A stretch of 61,177 bases of DNA, counting the filler. It is 5 parts of 5 records of this genome, joined end to end, with 100 filler letters (N's around TTAATTAATTAA, not from the genome) between each part and the next. Parts side by side here need not be neighbours in the genome. Positions count along the whole stretch, not along the records: positions 1 to 13,049 come from SRR31156797_35598; positions 13,150 to 39,108 come from SRR31156797_35599; 3 more parts are not named here. One strand, given 5' to 3'. Positions within the stretch are counted from its first letter, which is position 1, and each line of letters opens with the position of its first letter. Below are positions 10,400 to 20,224 of the stretch, piece by piece. The notes beneath the pieces are model-generated. The model did not search any database. It had not been told where the DNA came from and was given only the letters and a program-made list of their open reading frames with translations. A program made the position numbers and the translations under genes.

Positions 10400-13049
10400 T
10401 TAATTTTGCTGTTTTCTGAGAAGTACACAGGTAATGGCAAGTATTGTAATTGTTGTTATCAGGGAGATAGCAGGCAGCTTCCCAGCATCCTGGTCTTCTG
10501 TCTTTTCTTCAGGTTCAATAGCTGCATATTCCTTCTGGTCAAATGAATTTCCGGCATTGACCTGGGTGTTTTCTGCTTCTTCAACAATTTCTTCTACAGC
10601 TTCGTCTGCAGTTATGGCAAAAGGTGAAAATCCTGGAGTAATTGCTTCAAAGTAGATGTATTGGTCATCCGAAGTAATCTGCTCTGTTTCAAGAACATTC
10701 CACTCATCTTCACTGTACCTGTTTAGCTTTATGGTTGCAGGATCAATAGAATGAACCTCAATCCATTCTTTGCTAACCTTAAAACCGATTGCAGGATCTA
10801 CTATATTTTTCTCTGTTGCGTATCCGGTTTTTCCCACCCAGATGTTCATATATGTGTATACCTCTCCTGAAACTGGGCTATCGGCAAACGCTGAATTATT
10901 CTTCAGCATTTCGATTGTAACACTGATCTTTCCTGCGTTTTTCAATGATGTGTAGCGTACATAATCGATGTCATTACTTTCCTCTTCAAAATCAAAGTCT
11001 ACCACTTCACCTTTGCCTGCATAAACCACGAGTACATCCTTGAACCTGATATTATCGTAATCTTCTCCAGAGGAACCACCTCCACCGCCCCCTCCTCCTC
11101 CACCGCCGGAGGAGCTGGAAGAACTGGAGGAACTGACCTGTGCAGATGTAGCTACTGTTATATTTGTCCAGTTACCAATATTTCCGGCAACATCCACTGG
11201 TTTGAGGCTGTAGTTATAAGCAGTACCGAAAGAAAGCCCGGAGTCTGTTGTCTCTGGAACTGAACTGTTTGCTATAAATGTCCCGCTTCTCCATATCTCC
11301 ACATGGTCTGTGTCCCCGGACTGGTTCCAGACAAGGGTTACAGATGATGAACTGCTTGAGTTTACCAGGCCCGAGATGACAGGAGCCCCATAGTCTTCAT
11401 AAAAGGTCCAGTTGTAGCTTATCTGCTCACTCAGGTTTGTCACTGCTGTGACAGATACATTGTGCTGTCCTTCTGAGTAAGGCTGTGCTGTCAGGTTTTC
11501 TACCTTGTATCCGTAGTCGATGATTTCCAGGGTATAGTTTACGGCTGATCCGTCAACAGTCATATTAATTGAGCTTGTGTTGATTCCGTCTGCTGATAGA
11601 AGTTCAGCTGACACGGCTGTCATATTGTCGTTTATGTACGAATTGTTTTGTGGTGTTTCATTAAATCCCGGGGTGTAGTGCAGGACAAGTGAAAAGTTCT
11701 GGGGTCCCTGAGGTACATTTGTGCCGGTCACTGTAACTGTGTATGTTCCAGCTGTTGGATTTAATAATTCGATTCCTTCCACGTTGTTGACAGCATCCCT
11801 ACTATCGGAAGAACCACTGTTGCCATAGTACGTATCATCAGGTCCTGTCACAAAAAGATCAAGGTTATTCACAAGTTGTAGTTCTACGGCAGCATCACCG
11901 GGATAGTCAGTCCATACAAGTGTTGCCCTGAAGTTTTCAGATCCGTTAGCAACTGAGTAACTTGCTTCCCAGGATTCATCCGTACTCAGGGGTATTTTAT
12001 CATAATACTTGATGACATCAGGAGATTGCGGGTATATTGAATTTTCAATGTCAACCCTTCCCCATCCCTGCGAGTAATCCGGTCTTCCACTGATTTCCTG
12101 CGTACTTCCATTCCCGTACTGTCCGGGAGTGATATTATAAGCGCCATTTATCATTGTTGCTTTTATCAACGCAGCGCTGGGACTGCTCAGGTTCTCAACA
12201 TCTGTGTAGTACTGCCTGATTATGGCTGCCGAACCAGCTGTAAGGGGTGTGGACATGCTTGTACCACTCATGTACCAGTAATCCCCGCTTCCTACTAAAC
12301 TGGATTTTGTAGAATTTATTAATGTACCTGGTGCCACTATATCGGGTTTGATTCTTCCGTCATCTGTTGGGCCACGGCTACTAAAAGCCGCAATACCTTC
12401 AGCATTATCAGCTACAGGATCTGTTCTCATGGGATAAGTGCTAAATCCGTAACTTATGTACTTAGTACTCGCGGTGTCCGGTCTGACATTTTCAGATGCA
12501 CCAACGGTCAGACAGTTTTTTGCAGTTGCCGGAGATCCTATGGAATCGCCATCAATAACTCCATCTGCATCTGCATCTTCTCCTTCGTTCCCTGCTGAAA
12601 ATAGAATAAGCATGTCAGGGTGATCCCACATGAACTGGTCAACTTGCTGTGAGTCTATAGTATATGTTCCATCTGTGCTGCTTCCCCAACTGTTTGTATG
12701 AATCCTTGCTCCCAGATCGTAGGCATCCTGAAAAAAAACAGAAATATCGGATGCATCATCCAGTGCCCCAAGACTTCCGTCGGCGTCCTGCACTGCCTGG
12801 AATACAAGGGTTGCTTCCGGAGCCGTCCCTGCATATTGTCCTCCTGACATAGATCCATTCCCCAGAACAGATCCGCTGACATGTGTTCCGTGTCCTCCGC
12901 CGAAATAGTAAGGTGCATTATCTGCTGCTCCGTTATCGGAATAATCGGTAATGTTCAATATCCTGCCTCTTATATCGGCATGCATTGAATCGTTATTAAC
13001 TCCTGTATCCAGTCCAGTGTCACAAACTGCTACTATCTGTCCGGTTCCG
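10400..13049 (-). CDS. Surface S8 (Kp43-like subtilase) serine protease with FN3-like and PGF-pre-PGF domains; 5'-truncated
   Basis: Catalytic triad VAVCDTG (upstream of the track's start), HGTHV and SGTSMSTP; poly-Ser/Gly linker; FEAITPGFSPFAI; C-terminal TM helix with basic tail. Confidence 0.9.
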
Positions 13050-13149
13050 NNNNNNNNNNNNNNNNNNNNNNNNNNNNNNNNNNNNNNNNNNNNTTAATTA
13101 ATTAANNNNNNNNNNNNNNNNNNNNNNNNNNNNNNNNNNNNNNNNNNNN
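13050..13149. other. Artificial contig linker
   Basis: N-run, TTAATTAATTAA (stops in all six frames), N-run; gene content and composition change across it. Confidence 0.98.
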
Positions 13150-13215
13150 CCTTTTCAAAGGGTTTAAGCCGCCGGAGGCGAAATCAAATCATCAAAAAGC
13201 GCGCAGCGCATCAAA
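13150..13215 (-). repeat. Intergenic REP-like element (GCCTCCGGCGGC plus hairpin), truncated
   Basis: Reverse complement reads TTCGCCTCCGGCGGCTTAAACCCTTTGAAAAGG; the same 12-mer occurs at 39064. Confidence 0.6.
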
Positions 13216-13218
13216 ATA

Positions 13219-13689
13219 TTAAATGTGATGATAAGGCGAACCGCGAAGTATGGATGCAGCGCGGTAGAGCTGTTCAAGGAGCATCGTCCGGGCCAGTTCG
13301 TGGGGCAGGGTCATCTTGCTCAGAGATAGCTTGACCCGGGCCGCGTTTTTAACCTCGTCAGCCAGTCCGAATGGTCCGCCGATAACGAAAGTTGGGGTAA
13401 GGTTCGGGTCCTCGGTCCAGCGTTGCAGCTGCTTGGAAAGTTCCACCGAGGTCATTTCCTTACCTTTCTCATCAAGGCAGATAAGCATGTCAGAAGGCTT
13501 GATCTTGGCCATGATGGCCTTGCCTTCATGCTGCACTTTGTCCATGGGGGGCAACTTGCCCGGGGCATCTTTGAGGATGGTTTCTTCCAACTTGTGAAAG
13601 CGGCCTAATTTTTTGGTGTAATGGGCGCAGGCATCGCGGAAAAATGGTTCCTTGACCTTGCCGACCCATACAAATCTTAATTTGCTCAT
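13219..13689 (-). CDS. rlmH: 23S rRNA m3Psi1915 methyltransferase (SPOUT)
   Basis: LDEKGK, FVIGGPFG, LSLSKMTLPHELAR, EQLYRA...PYHH. Confidence 0.95.
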   Translation of the reverse strand: MSKLRFVWVGKVKEPFFRDACAHYTKKLGRFHKLEETILKDAPGKLPPMDKVQHEGKAIMAKIKPSDMLICLDEKGKEMTSVELSKQLQRWTEDPNLTPTFVIGGPFGLADEVKNAARVKLSLSKMTLPHELARTMLLEQLYRAASILRGSPYHHI

Positions 13690-13691
13690 GG

Positions 13692-14363
13692 TTAAATTTG
13701 TTTAAGGGTTGCGTCCAGCTTGCCGTCTTCAATGGAAACGAGCACGTACCCGCCGCCGGAAGCCATGCCGGGATTGAATATTCGGGATTTGCCGATGTTG
13801 TCTTCGCCGCTGGCTTCATGGATGTGTCCGCAGAGAACGATCTCTGGCTGATGCTTTTCAATGAAACTGCGCACGGCTTTGCTGCCTACGTGCATTCCAT
13901 TGCCGATGACATCCAGCTTGGTGTTGAATGGAGCATCGTGGACCACCAGAAGTAGCTGTTCATGATCGCCTAGCTGGGCGTAAGTTTCTTCAAGAAAGCT
14001 GGTCATCTCTTCTTCGGTTATTTCACTGGGAGTTCCGAAAGGAGTAGGAATAGAGCAGCCCACGCCTATGGTTTTTATGCCTTCTGCCAGCTCACGGACT
14101 TCGCAATGCAGATTAGCTCCTTTTTCCTTCAAGAACTCGGTGACATTGCTTCTGTCCATATTGCCTAGCTGGGCGAGGATATTTTTGTTTCTGCGGTATA
14201 TGCTGTTCCAGACTTTCTCGATTGCTCCGGCCGGGGAATGGTTGGTCAGGTCTCCGGTGATGATTACTCCTGAAGCTTTTTCAAGGTCCGGGATCAGGTC
14301 AACAAACTTAAGACTCTGGTGTATATCGCCGAAAGCGATCCATTTTTTGTTGGATTCAGACAT
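13692..14363 (-). CDS. Calcineurin-like metallophosphoesterase
   Basis: GDIH, TGDLT, GNMD, VVHDAP, CGHIHE, NPG. Confidence 0.9.
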   Translation of the reverse strand: MSESNKKWIAFGDIHQSLKFVDLIPDLEKASGVIITGDLTNHSPAGAIEKVWNSIYRRNKNILAQLGNMDRSNVTEFLKEKGANLHCEVRELAEGIKTIGVGCSIPTPFGTPSEITEEEMTSFLEETYAQLGDHEQLLLVVHDAPFNTKLDVIGNGMHVGSKAVRSFIEKHQPEIVLCGHIHEASGEDNIGKSRIFNPGMASGGGYVLVSIEDGKLDATLKQI

Positions 14364-14576
14364 GCTGCCTCCGATTGTATATGGCTCAGTTAGGAATTTA
14401 TATGCATTGGTTCCAGAAAATTTTGAATAGCATTAATGGCTTTAAAAACCAATGGTAGCCCGGTTCGTGTGATTGTTGAGACGAGTATATTTTCGTTATT
14501 GTTGCACTTGGTGATTGATTTTTGTGACCTGGTTGTGCTTAATTTTCTTAGCCCATGATTAAAACTGAAAAAACAG

Positions 14577-15161
14577 GTGGCTGAATTGGATAAAGATATC
14601 ATGAGACGGCAGTTGCTGGATAAACGTTCCACCATGCTTAGAACAGAGGTGCAATCTCTGAGCCGCAATATAGTGGATATGGTCATGTCCCTTGAGCAAT
14701 GGGAGCAGGCTGAGGAAGTACTGCTTTACTGGCCTATCAAGAATGAGGTCGATGTGCGGTCTCTGCTCAAAGATGCATGGGACAGTGATAAGAGGTTGTT
14801 CTTGCCCTGTTGCCGTAAGAACGAGCCGGGACAGATGGATTTCGGTGTGGTCCGAGCCGAAGCTGATCTTGCCTCGGGATCATTCGGTATCAAGGAACCA
14901 TGCCGGACCCGCTGTGAATTTCCAGATGTGGTTTCACCGGATATGATTATCGTTCCCGGTGTGGGATTTGACCGCAGCGGTTTCCGTATCGGCTTTGGTG
15001 GCGGCTATTATGACCGTTTTTTGGCCCGTCCGCAGAAAGATGGATTTCTTTCCGTAGGAGTCTGTTACGATTTTCAGCTGGTGGGGGGCTTTCCTGTTGA
15101 GCCCTGGGATAAAGCTGTGCAGCTGGTCTGCACTGATAAGGAAAAAATATGGCAAAAATAA
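14577..15161 (+). CDS. 5-formyltetrahydrofolate cyclo-ligase
   Basis: NEVD, FGIKEP, VPGVGFDRSGFRIGFGGGYYDRFL. Confidence 0.93.
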   Translation: MAELDKDIMRRQLLDKRSTMLRTEVQSLSRNIVDMVMSLEQWEQAEEVLLYWPIKNEVDVRSLLKDAWDSDKRLFLPCCRKNEPGQMDFGVVRAEADLASGSFGIKEPCRTRCEFPDVVSPDMIIVPGVGFDRSGFRIGFGGGYYDRFLARPQKDGFLSVGVCYDFQLVGGFPVEPWDKAVQLVCTDKEKIWQK

Positions 15162-15895
15162 GTTTCATACCGTTTGTTTTTCCGGGATTGGATAAGGTCT
15201 CGGTTGTTTTCAGCACCAGAGAAGAGGGGTGCTGCAAGGCCCCTTACCATGGTGGAAATATATCCTATGACGTGGGTGACGACCCTTATGATGTTCGGTC
15301 CAACCGTACAGAGTTAGCAGCCACTTTGGGAATATCGCACTGGCATGAATGCATTCAAGTTCATGGAGATTTGATGCATTATGACCTTGAGGAAGGTTCA
15401 CCGGCTGACACTCCCAGCCTTGAGGGGGACGGTCTTGCCACAACGGCTGCCGGACATGCCCTTGTAATTAAGACTGCGGATTGTCAGCCGATTATGATCA
15501 CCCATAAGAATGGTGATTTCGTGGCTGGTTTGCACAACGGCTGGCGGGGTAATGCTATTAATTTTCCTGCGAAAGGTGTGGCGGATCTCTGCGAACGGTA
15601 CAGCTGTGATCCAAAGGACCTGCTGGCTGTGCGCGGTCCCAGCCTGAGTCCTGCGTTGGCTCAGTTTGTGAATTTTGAATCTGATTTCGGTCCGGGTTTT
15701 GATTCATATTTCGATAAAGAATCCTGCACGGTTGATCTCTGGAAGTTGACCATTGATCAATTGGTAGAAGCCGGACTTTCCCGGCGTAATATCCACTCCC
15801 TTGACCTGTGCACTTATTCCATGGACCAGAGTTTCTTTTCCTACCGTAGGGAAAAGGTTACCGGGCGTCAGTGTTCGCTAATTTGGATTAAGTAG
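15149..15895 (+). CDS. pgeF: PgeF/YfiH laccase-domain protein
   Basis: QVHG, KTADCQPI, HNGWRG, FFSYRR. Confidence 0.9.
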   Translation: MAKISFIPFVFPGLDKVSVVFSTREEGCCKAPYHGGNISYDVGDDPYDVRSNRTELAATLGISHWHECIQVHGDLMHYDLEEGSPADTPSLEGDGLATTAAGHALVIKTADCQPIMITHKNGDFVAGLHNGWRGNAINFPAKGVADLCERYSCDPKDLLAVRGPSLSPALAQFVNFESDFGPGFDSYFDKESCTVDLWKLTIDQLVEAGLSRRNIHSLDLCTYSMDQSFFSYRREKVTGRQCSLIWIK

Positions 15896-15918
15896 ATTTT
15901 TGTTCTTGAAGCAATTAA

Positions 15919-15951
15919 AAGCCCCCGCAAAGTGTAACTCTGCGGGGGCTT
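15919..15951. terminator. Intrinsic terminator between convergent pgeF and cheV
   Basis: Perfect 11-bp stem AAGCCCCCGCA/TGCGGGGGCTT. Confidence 0.75.
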
Positions 15952-15974
15952 CAATGTTGTTATTATTTGTAACG

Positions 15975-16946
15975 TTATGTGTGCTCGACATTTTCAATAA
16001 GCTTGAAGACTCTTTCTGCCAACTGGTTGATTTCAGCTTTGGAGATCTGGTCGTCAGCACCGACGGATTCTCCTTTGTGAAAGAGGGTGTCGGTGATGAT
16101 GGAGGAGCAGAGAAGCACCGGGATGTTACGGAGTTCCGGATCATCCTTGATGCGTTTGGTCAGATTGTGACCATCCATGACCGGCATTTCAATATCGGTG
16201 ACTACAATGTCCAGATAGTCATTGATGGATTTGCCTTCAGATCCGGCTTTAGCTTTCCATTCCTCAATTTTGTCCCACGCAGCTTTACCGTTGTGGGTTC
16301 TGGTCACCCGGAATCCGGCATCTTCGAGCATCTGCCCGATCATACGGCGGATCATGGTAGAGTCGTCTGCTATAAGGGCCTTGAGCTGACGTTTTTCGAT
16401 TTTGTCGACCAAGGAAGCTTCCGGAACATCGGTAAGATCCATGTCCGGGTTAAGGTCGGCAACGATTTTTTCGAGGTCGAGCAGGAATACGATTCGTCCT
16501 TCAAGTTTGACCACCCCGGTGATGGAGTTTGCTGTCAGCGAAGAAACCTGCTTGCTGGGTGCTTCAACCTGTTCCCAGCTGATACGGTGAATGCGGGTCA
16601 CGCCGGAAACAAGGAAGGCTGTGGAAATTTTGTTGAATTCGGTGACGATAACTTTGGGAGCTTCGTCTTCAATTCTGTGTTTACCGACCCTGCGACTGAG
16701 ATCGATCAGGGGAATGATTTCCGACCTGAGATCGAAGGCACCCAAAACAGCATCGTTGGCTGCATCGGGCATATCTGTCAAATCAGGCAGACGAATGATC
16801 TCAACGACCTTGGCAACGTTGATGCCGTAATAGCTGCGGCGGGTTGAACCGTCATGTACATTGTCAACTTCGTCAATATAAAATTCAACTATTTCAAGCT
16901 CATTGGTGCCTGATTCAAGCAGAATATTTGTTTGGGACATTGTCAT
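15975..16946 (-). CDS. cheV: Chemotaxis protein CheV (CheW-REC)
   Basis: ESGTNELEIVEF, YGINVAKV, HRISWEQV; receiver with ADDS and TDIEMP. Confidence 0.93.
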   Translation of the reverse strand: MTMSQTNILLESGTNELEIVEFYIDEVDNVHDGSTRRSYYGINVAKVVEIIRLPDLTDMPDAANDAVLGAFDLRSEIIPLIDLSRRVGKHRIEDEAPKVIVTEFNKISTAFLVSGVTRIHRISWEQVEAPSKQVSSLTANSITGVVKLEGRIVFLLDLEKIVADLNPDMDLTDVPEASLVDKIEKRQLKALIADDSTMIRRMIGQMLEDAGFRVTRTHNGKAAWDKIEEWKAKAGSEGKSINDYLDIVVTDIEMPVMDGHNLTKRIKDDPELRNIPVLLCSSIITDTLFHKGESVGADDQISKAEINQLAERVFKLIENVEHT

Positions 16947-17160
16947 CCTCCCCTAGGAAAATAATGGATCATGCCAGCATTATAGAACAGAGCAACTCTT
17001 GCTCATAATAATGTTAGCCTGAAATGCTTGTTTATGAAAGATTTTTTTCATCTTCATATTCTGGTTAATAACACAGTTCCAGTTTAATCGGCAGAAAAAG
17101 TCAACTGTGTTTTCGTAAAAATCGAAAAAAATGAGTAAAAAATAACACGAGTAGTCAAAA

Positions 17161-18246
17161 TTACATCAGATAACCATAAATTTTTAGGTAGTCGCTGAGC
17201 ATTCTTTTATCCGAATAACGTTTTCTTCCTTTTTGAAAACCACGGTTGCCCATCTCCCTTGCTATCCTGCTGTTTTTAAGCAGCATAATTACCTTTTCGG
17301 CAAACATTTGTTTTTCATAAGGGGGAATAAGAATTCCGTCATCACCATCGGAAATCTGCTCCAGCACCCCTCCAACGGCATAACTGACCGTTGTCAGGCC
17401 TTGGGCCATGGCTTCAAGTATTATCAAGGGATGATTGTCGCCGAGTGTCGGGTAGGCCAGCACGTCCGCTGCTGCCAAAAATTTGGAGAGGGTATGGCTG
17501 TCCACATAGGGGACTGAGATAAAATCACCGTTTCTGCTGTTTTCATTGCCTCCGATGGCAAAGCAGAGAGCTTCCGGTACTGCCGCTTTGATCGTTGCCC
17601 AGTAATTCTTCCATTGAGGTCCGGATTTGTAGGCTGCTTGTTCTCCACCATGTGCCACAAAGAGCATTACTTTTGATGCTGGATGGATTCCTATCTCTCG
17701 TCGGATCTGATTCTTGTTTGCGGGGGTTTCCGGCCACGGTATGCCGTTGGGGATTATTTTGGGCTTCAATGCCGGTTCGGCTTTGCGGGCCAGTCTGCCC
17801 AGCCATCCGGAAGGAGAGATCAGCACGGCCTTGGAATCAATTATGGCAGCGATACGTTCTTTACGGACCTGTTCTGCGTTTGGAAAATTTCGTGGGCAAT
17901 TGCAACAATTCTGTTCGAATTCAGGACAGTCTATGGGCGAAGCGCAGCCTCCGGTTATCAACTGGCTGTCATGCAGGGTGATTACTGTTTTGCAGCTGTC
18001 TGGCAATGCGCGCAGGAATTTCACCGGGTCCTTTGAAGTGTGCAGGTGGACTATGCTTTCTTCCGGGATCGTCTGAGCTGCAGCTTCCGGGGCGAGCAGG
18101 TCTTCTCCGGCTGCTTCTGAAGTCTCGAAGGAATGGACTGAATTATGCCCTCCATCAAGTAAGCCCTGATGGAGCAACTGGGCCACCCTTGCAGCACCAC
18201 CGCTTTTTTTGAGGATGGTGTGATGCACTACGCTCCGTTTCAGCAT
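17161..18246 (-). CDS. Glycosyltransferase family 4
   Basis: GGAARVA, TLHD, IIPNGI, DNHPLIILEAMAQG. Confidence 0.85.
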   Translation of the reverse strand: MLKRSVVHHTILKKSGGAARVAQLLHQGLLDGGHNSVHSFETSEAAGEDLLAPEAAAQTIPEESIVHLHTSKDPVKFLRALPDSCKTVITLHDSQLITGGCASPIDCPEFEQNCCNCPRNFPNAEQVRKERIAAIIDSKAVLISPSGWLGRLARKAEPALKPKIIPNGIPWPETPANKNQIRREIGIHPASKVMLFVAHGGEQAAYKSGPQWKNYWATIKAAVPEALCFAIGGNENSRNGDFISVPYVDSHTLSKFLAAADVLAYPTLGDNHPLIILEAMAQGLTTVSYAVGGVLEQISDGDDGILIPPYEKQMFAEKVIMLLKNSRIAREMGNRGFQKGRKRYSDKRMLSDYLKIYGYLM

Positions 18247-19898
18247 ATTTTTTCCAGAATATCGTGTTTCAGGCTCCAGAGGATGTGAAACTCGGTTTCG
18301 CGCTCGCCCATTTCTCCGGCAATGGTTTTGATTTTTTCTGCAAGATCCGCCGCGCTGATCGGCTTACGGGCAAAGAAGGCCATCTTGCGGATAACTTCTT
18401 CCTTAAGAAACCTGTCCACTCCTTTATACATAAGTGGGAATTCACGGCCCTGATAAATAGCTCTGCCGGTTATTCCGGTTACCAGTTTTGTTTCCGGACT
18501 CAGGGTTTCTGTAAGGTAATGGGAAAAGGTTTCACCCATGCGCACCTGAACAGGGTGGAGTATGTCGCGCAAGGCTTTTTCATCCACCGGGGCAGTGTTT
18601 AGTTCTTCCCAGAGGGTGATGTGTTGTTCAATCACTTTAGTCCAGTTGAATTGTTCGCGGACCCGCTTAGCTCCGGCAGTTCCCATTTGGGATCTTAACA
18701 GCGGATCGTTGATCAGTTTTTCCAGACCCTCGGCCAATTTCGGGGTGTTCACGGCGGTCTGCTGGGCCATCAGCAGGTGGTAGTGATTGTCAAAGCAGAG
18801 CGGAGCCATGAGGTCCAGTTCTGGTGTAGCTTCAGGGCCGATGGTTTCAATGAGCAGCCCTGTCTCGCCGTCCACCACCAGATCTTTGTAACCGTCGTAA
18901 TCAGATGCAATTACTGGCAAGCCGGAGGCTCCTGCTTCCAGAACGGTCAGGCCGAATGTCTCCTGCGGGTTGTCGGAAATGGACACAAAAATATCCGCCG
19001 CCTGATAAAGGTCAAGTTTTTTAGCTTCAGAAGGCCGTCCGAAGATGATCAGCTCCAGCCCCATATTGCGGGCCAGTTGGGTCAGAGTTGCCGGGAAATC
19101 ATCGTCTTCATCGACCCATCCGCCAAGTAGTACCCGAACTTTTTCCCGGTTCATACCCGCGGCAAAGAGTCTTTGTAGAGCTCGCAACAGGGGCAGTATA
19201 TCCATTTTAGAGTGATGGGCGATGCGTCCGAAGACCAGAATATTGATTCGTTCGTCTGCCGCGTCAATGTCGAGATTTCTTTTGGCCTGCGCTTTTAAAT
19301 GTTCGTCTGGCGGGGCCAATTGGCCGGGATTGATACCCAGAGGTATTTTTCTGATTTGCGGTGTGGGGTGGGTTTCTTCAATAAGTCCCAGTCCTTCGCG
19401 CAGATGTTTGAAATATTTTTCAACAACTACGATTCCGGTGCTGGAAGTGGTCACAATGCAGTCACGTCCGGTGGTCCCTTTCCATAAATAATTGAGGAAA
19501 AATGAGCCGTAGTTGCTGTAACTCAAGGAATGGGTCGTTCCGGTGATGGGAAATATATTTCGAGCGTATTTGTTGCGAACCCGGGCCAGATGGGGGGGGT
19601 AATTAATGCAGTCAGATTGGTGGAAACAGAAATATTCACGCTTGGCAATCTCAGCAGGCAGGTCCCGGCGGTCCATGAATTTTACTCGGTCCGCTTCAAA
19701 AATGGCCGGGTAATTGGTTTGGATAAACTTGGTCAGCCCTTGTCTGCCGCCCGCTCCGGAAAGGAAGAAATGATACTCATCAAACGGATCAATTTCGAGC
19801 AATCCGTTCAAAAAACCTGAGTTAGCTACTTTCCTGCCCAGAATGGGTCCGCTTTCGTGGAATGGGTCCAGACTCCCCCATATTCTTTGAGTTTTCAT
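18240..19898 (-). CDS. Glycosyltransferase family 4 with N- and C-terminal extensions
   Basis: IPLGI, FGRI...KMD, QETFGLTVLEAGASGLPVIASDYDGY. Confidence 0.85.
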   Translation of the reverse strand: MKTQRIWGSLDPFHESGPILGRKVANSGFLNGLLEIDPFDEYHFFLSGAGGRQGLTKFIQTNYPAIFEADRVKFMDRRDLPAEIAKREYFCFHQSDCINYPPHLARVRNKYARNIFPITGTTHSLSYSNYGSFFLNYLWKGTTGRDCIVTTSSTGIVVVEKYFKHLREGLGLIEETHPTPQIRKIPLGINPGQLAPPDEHLKAQAKRNLDIDAADERINILVFGRIAHHSKMDILPLLRALQRLFAAGMNREKVRVLLGGWVDEDDDFPATLTQLARNMGLELIIFGRPSEAKKLDLYQAADIFVSISDNPQETFGLTVLEAGASGLPVIASDYDGYKDLVVDGETGLLIETIGPEATPELDLMAPLCFDNHYHLLMAQQTAVNTPKLAEGLEKLINDPLLRSQMGTAGAKRVREQFNWTKVIEQHITLWEELNTAPVDEKALRDILHPVQVRMGETFSHYLTETLSPETKLVTGITGRAIYQGREFPLMYKGVDRFLKEEVIRKMAFFARKPISAADLAEKIKTIAGEMGERETEFHILWSLKHDILEKIC

Positions 19899-20158
19899 AC
19901 GTTATTTCAAGCCACATTTGGCCTGCTCTTGTCAAAGGATTTATTTGCCGTGCGGTGGCCTGTGTGGCTGACGGATTTCCGGCACTCTTTTCCTTTTTTA
20001 TGCCAGCTGAATGAGATTTCGTGTTGTGAAAATTCTGTATATAAAATTATAACTCCTGATTCTTGCCTGCTTAAGTCATTGTTATAAAGGCTTTTGTTGC
20101 TGGGTGGGTTTTCGCCTGAGTCTTGCAAATCAGTCTGTTGTTCTCCTCTTGATCTTTG

Positions 20159-20175
20159 GTGGCCCTTTTTTTGCA
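20159..20175 (+). promoter_or_regulatory. Sigma-54 (-24/-12) promoter candidate for the diguanylate cyclase gene
   Basis: TGGCCCTTTTTTTGCA: GG at 20161-62 and GC at 20173-74, 10 nt apart, 50 nt upstream of the ATG. Confidence 0.6.
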
Positions 20176-20224
20176 AAAAACTAGGTGGAATATTGTTTCT
20201 GACAGCTAAGCAAGGAGACCAGAA

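Noticed and set aside
11070-11135. Low-complexity GGA/CCT-type repeats
   Set aside because: They encode the Ser/Gly linker that normally precedes PGF-pre-PGF domains.
13050-13149. Apparent archaea-to-bacteria gene transfer junctions at this and the other three linkers
   Set aside because: They are artificial N/TTAATTAATTAA spacers, so adjacency across them carries no information.
14364-14576. 6S RNA upstream of the 5-formyl-THF cyclo-ligase gene
   Set aside because: The linkage is common elsewhere, but this region is AT-rich divergent-promoter DNA with no long rod-like self-complementarity visible.
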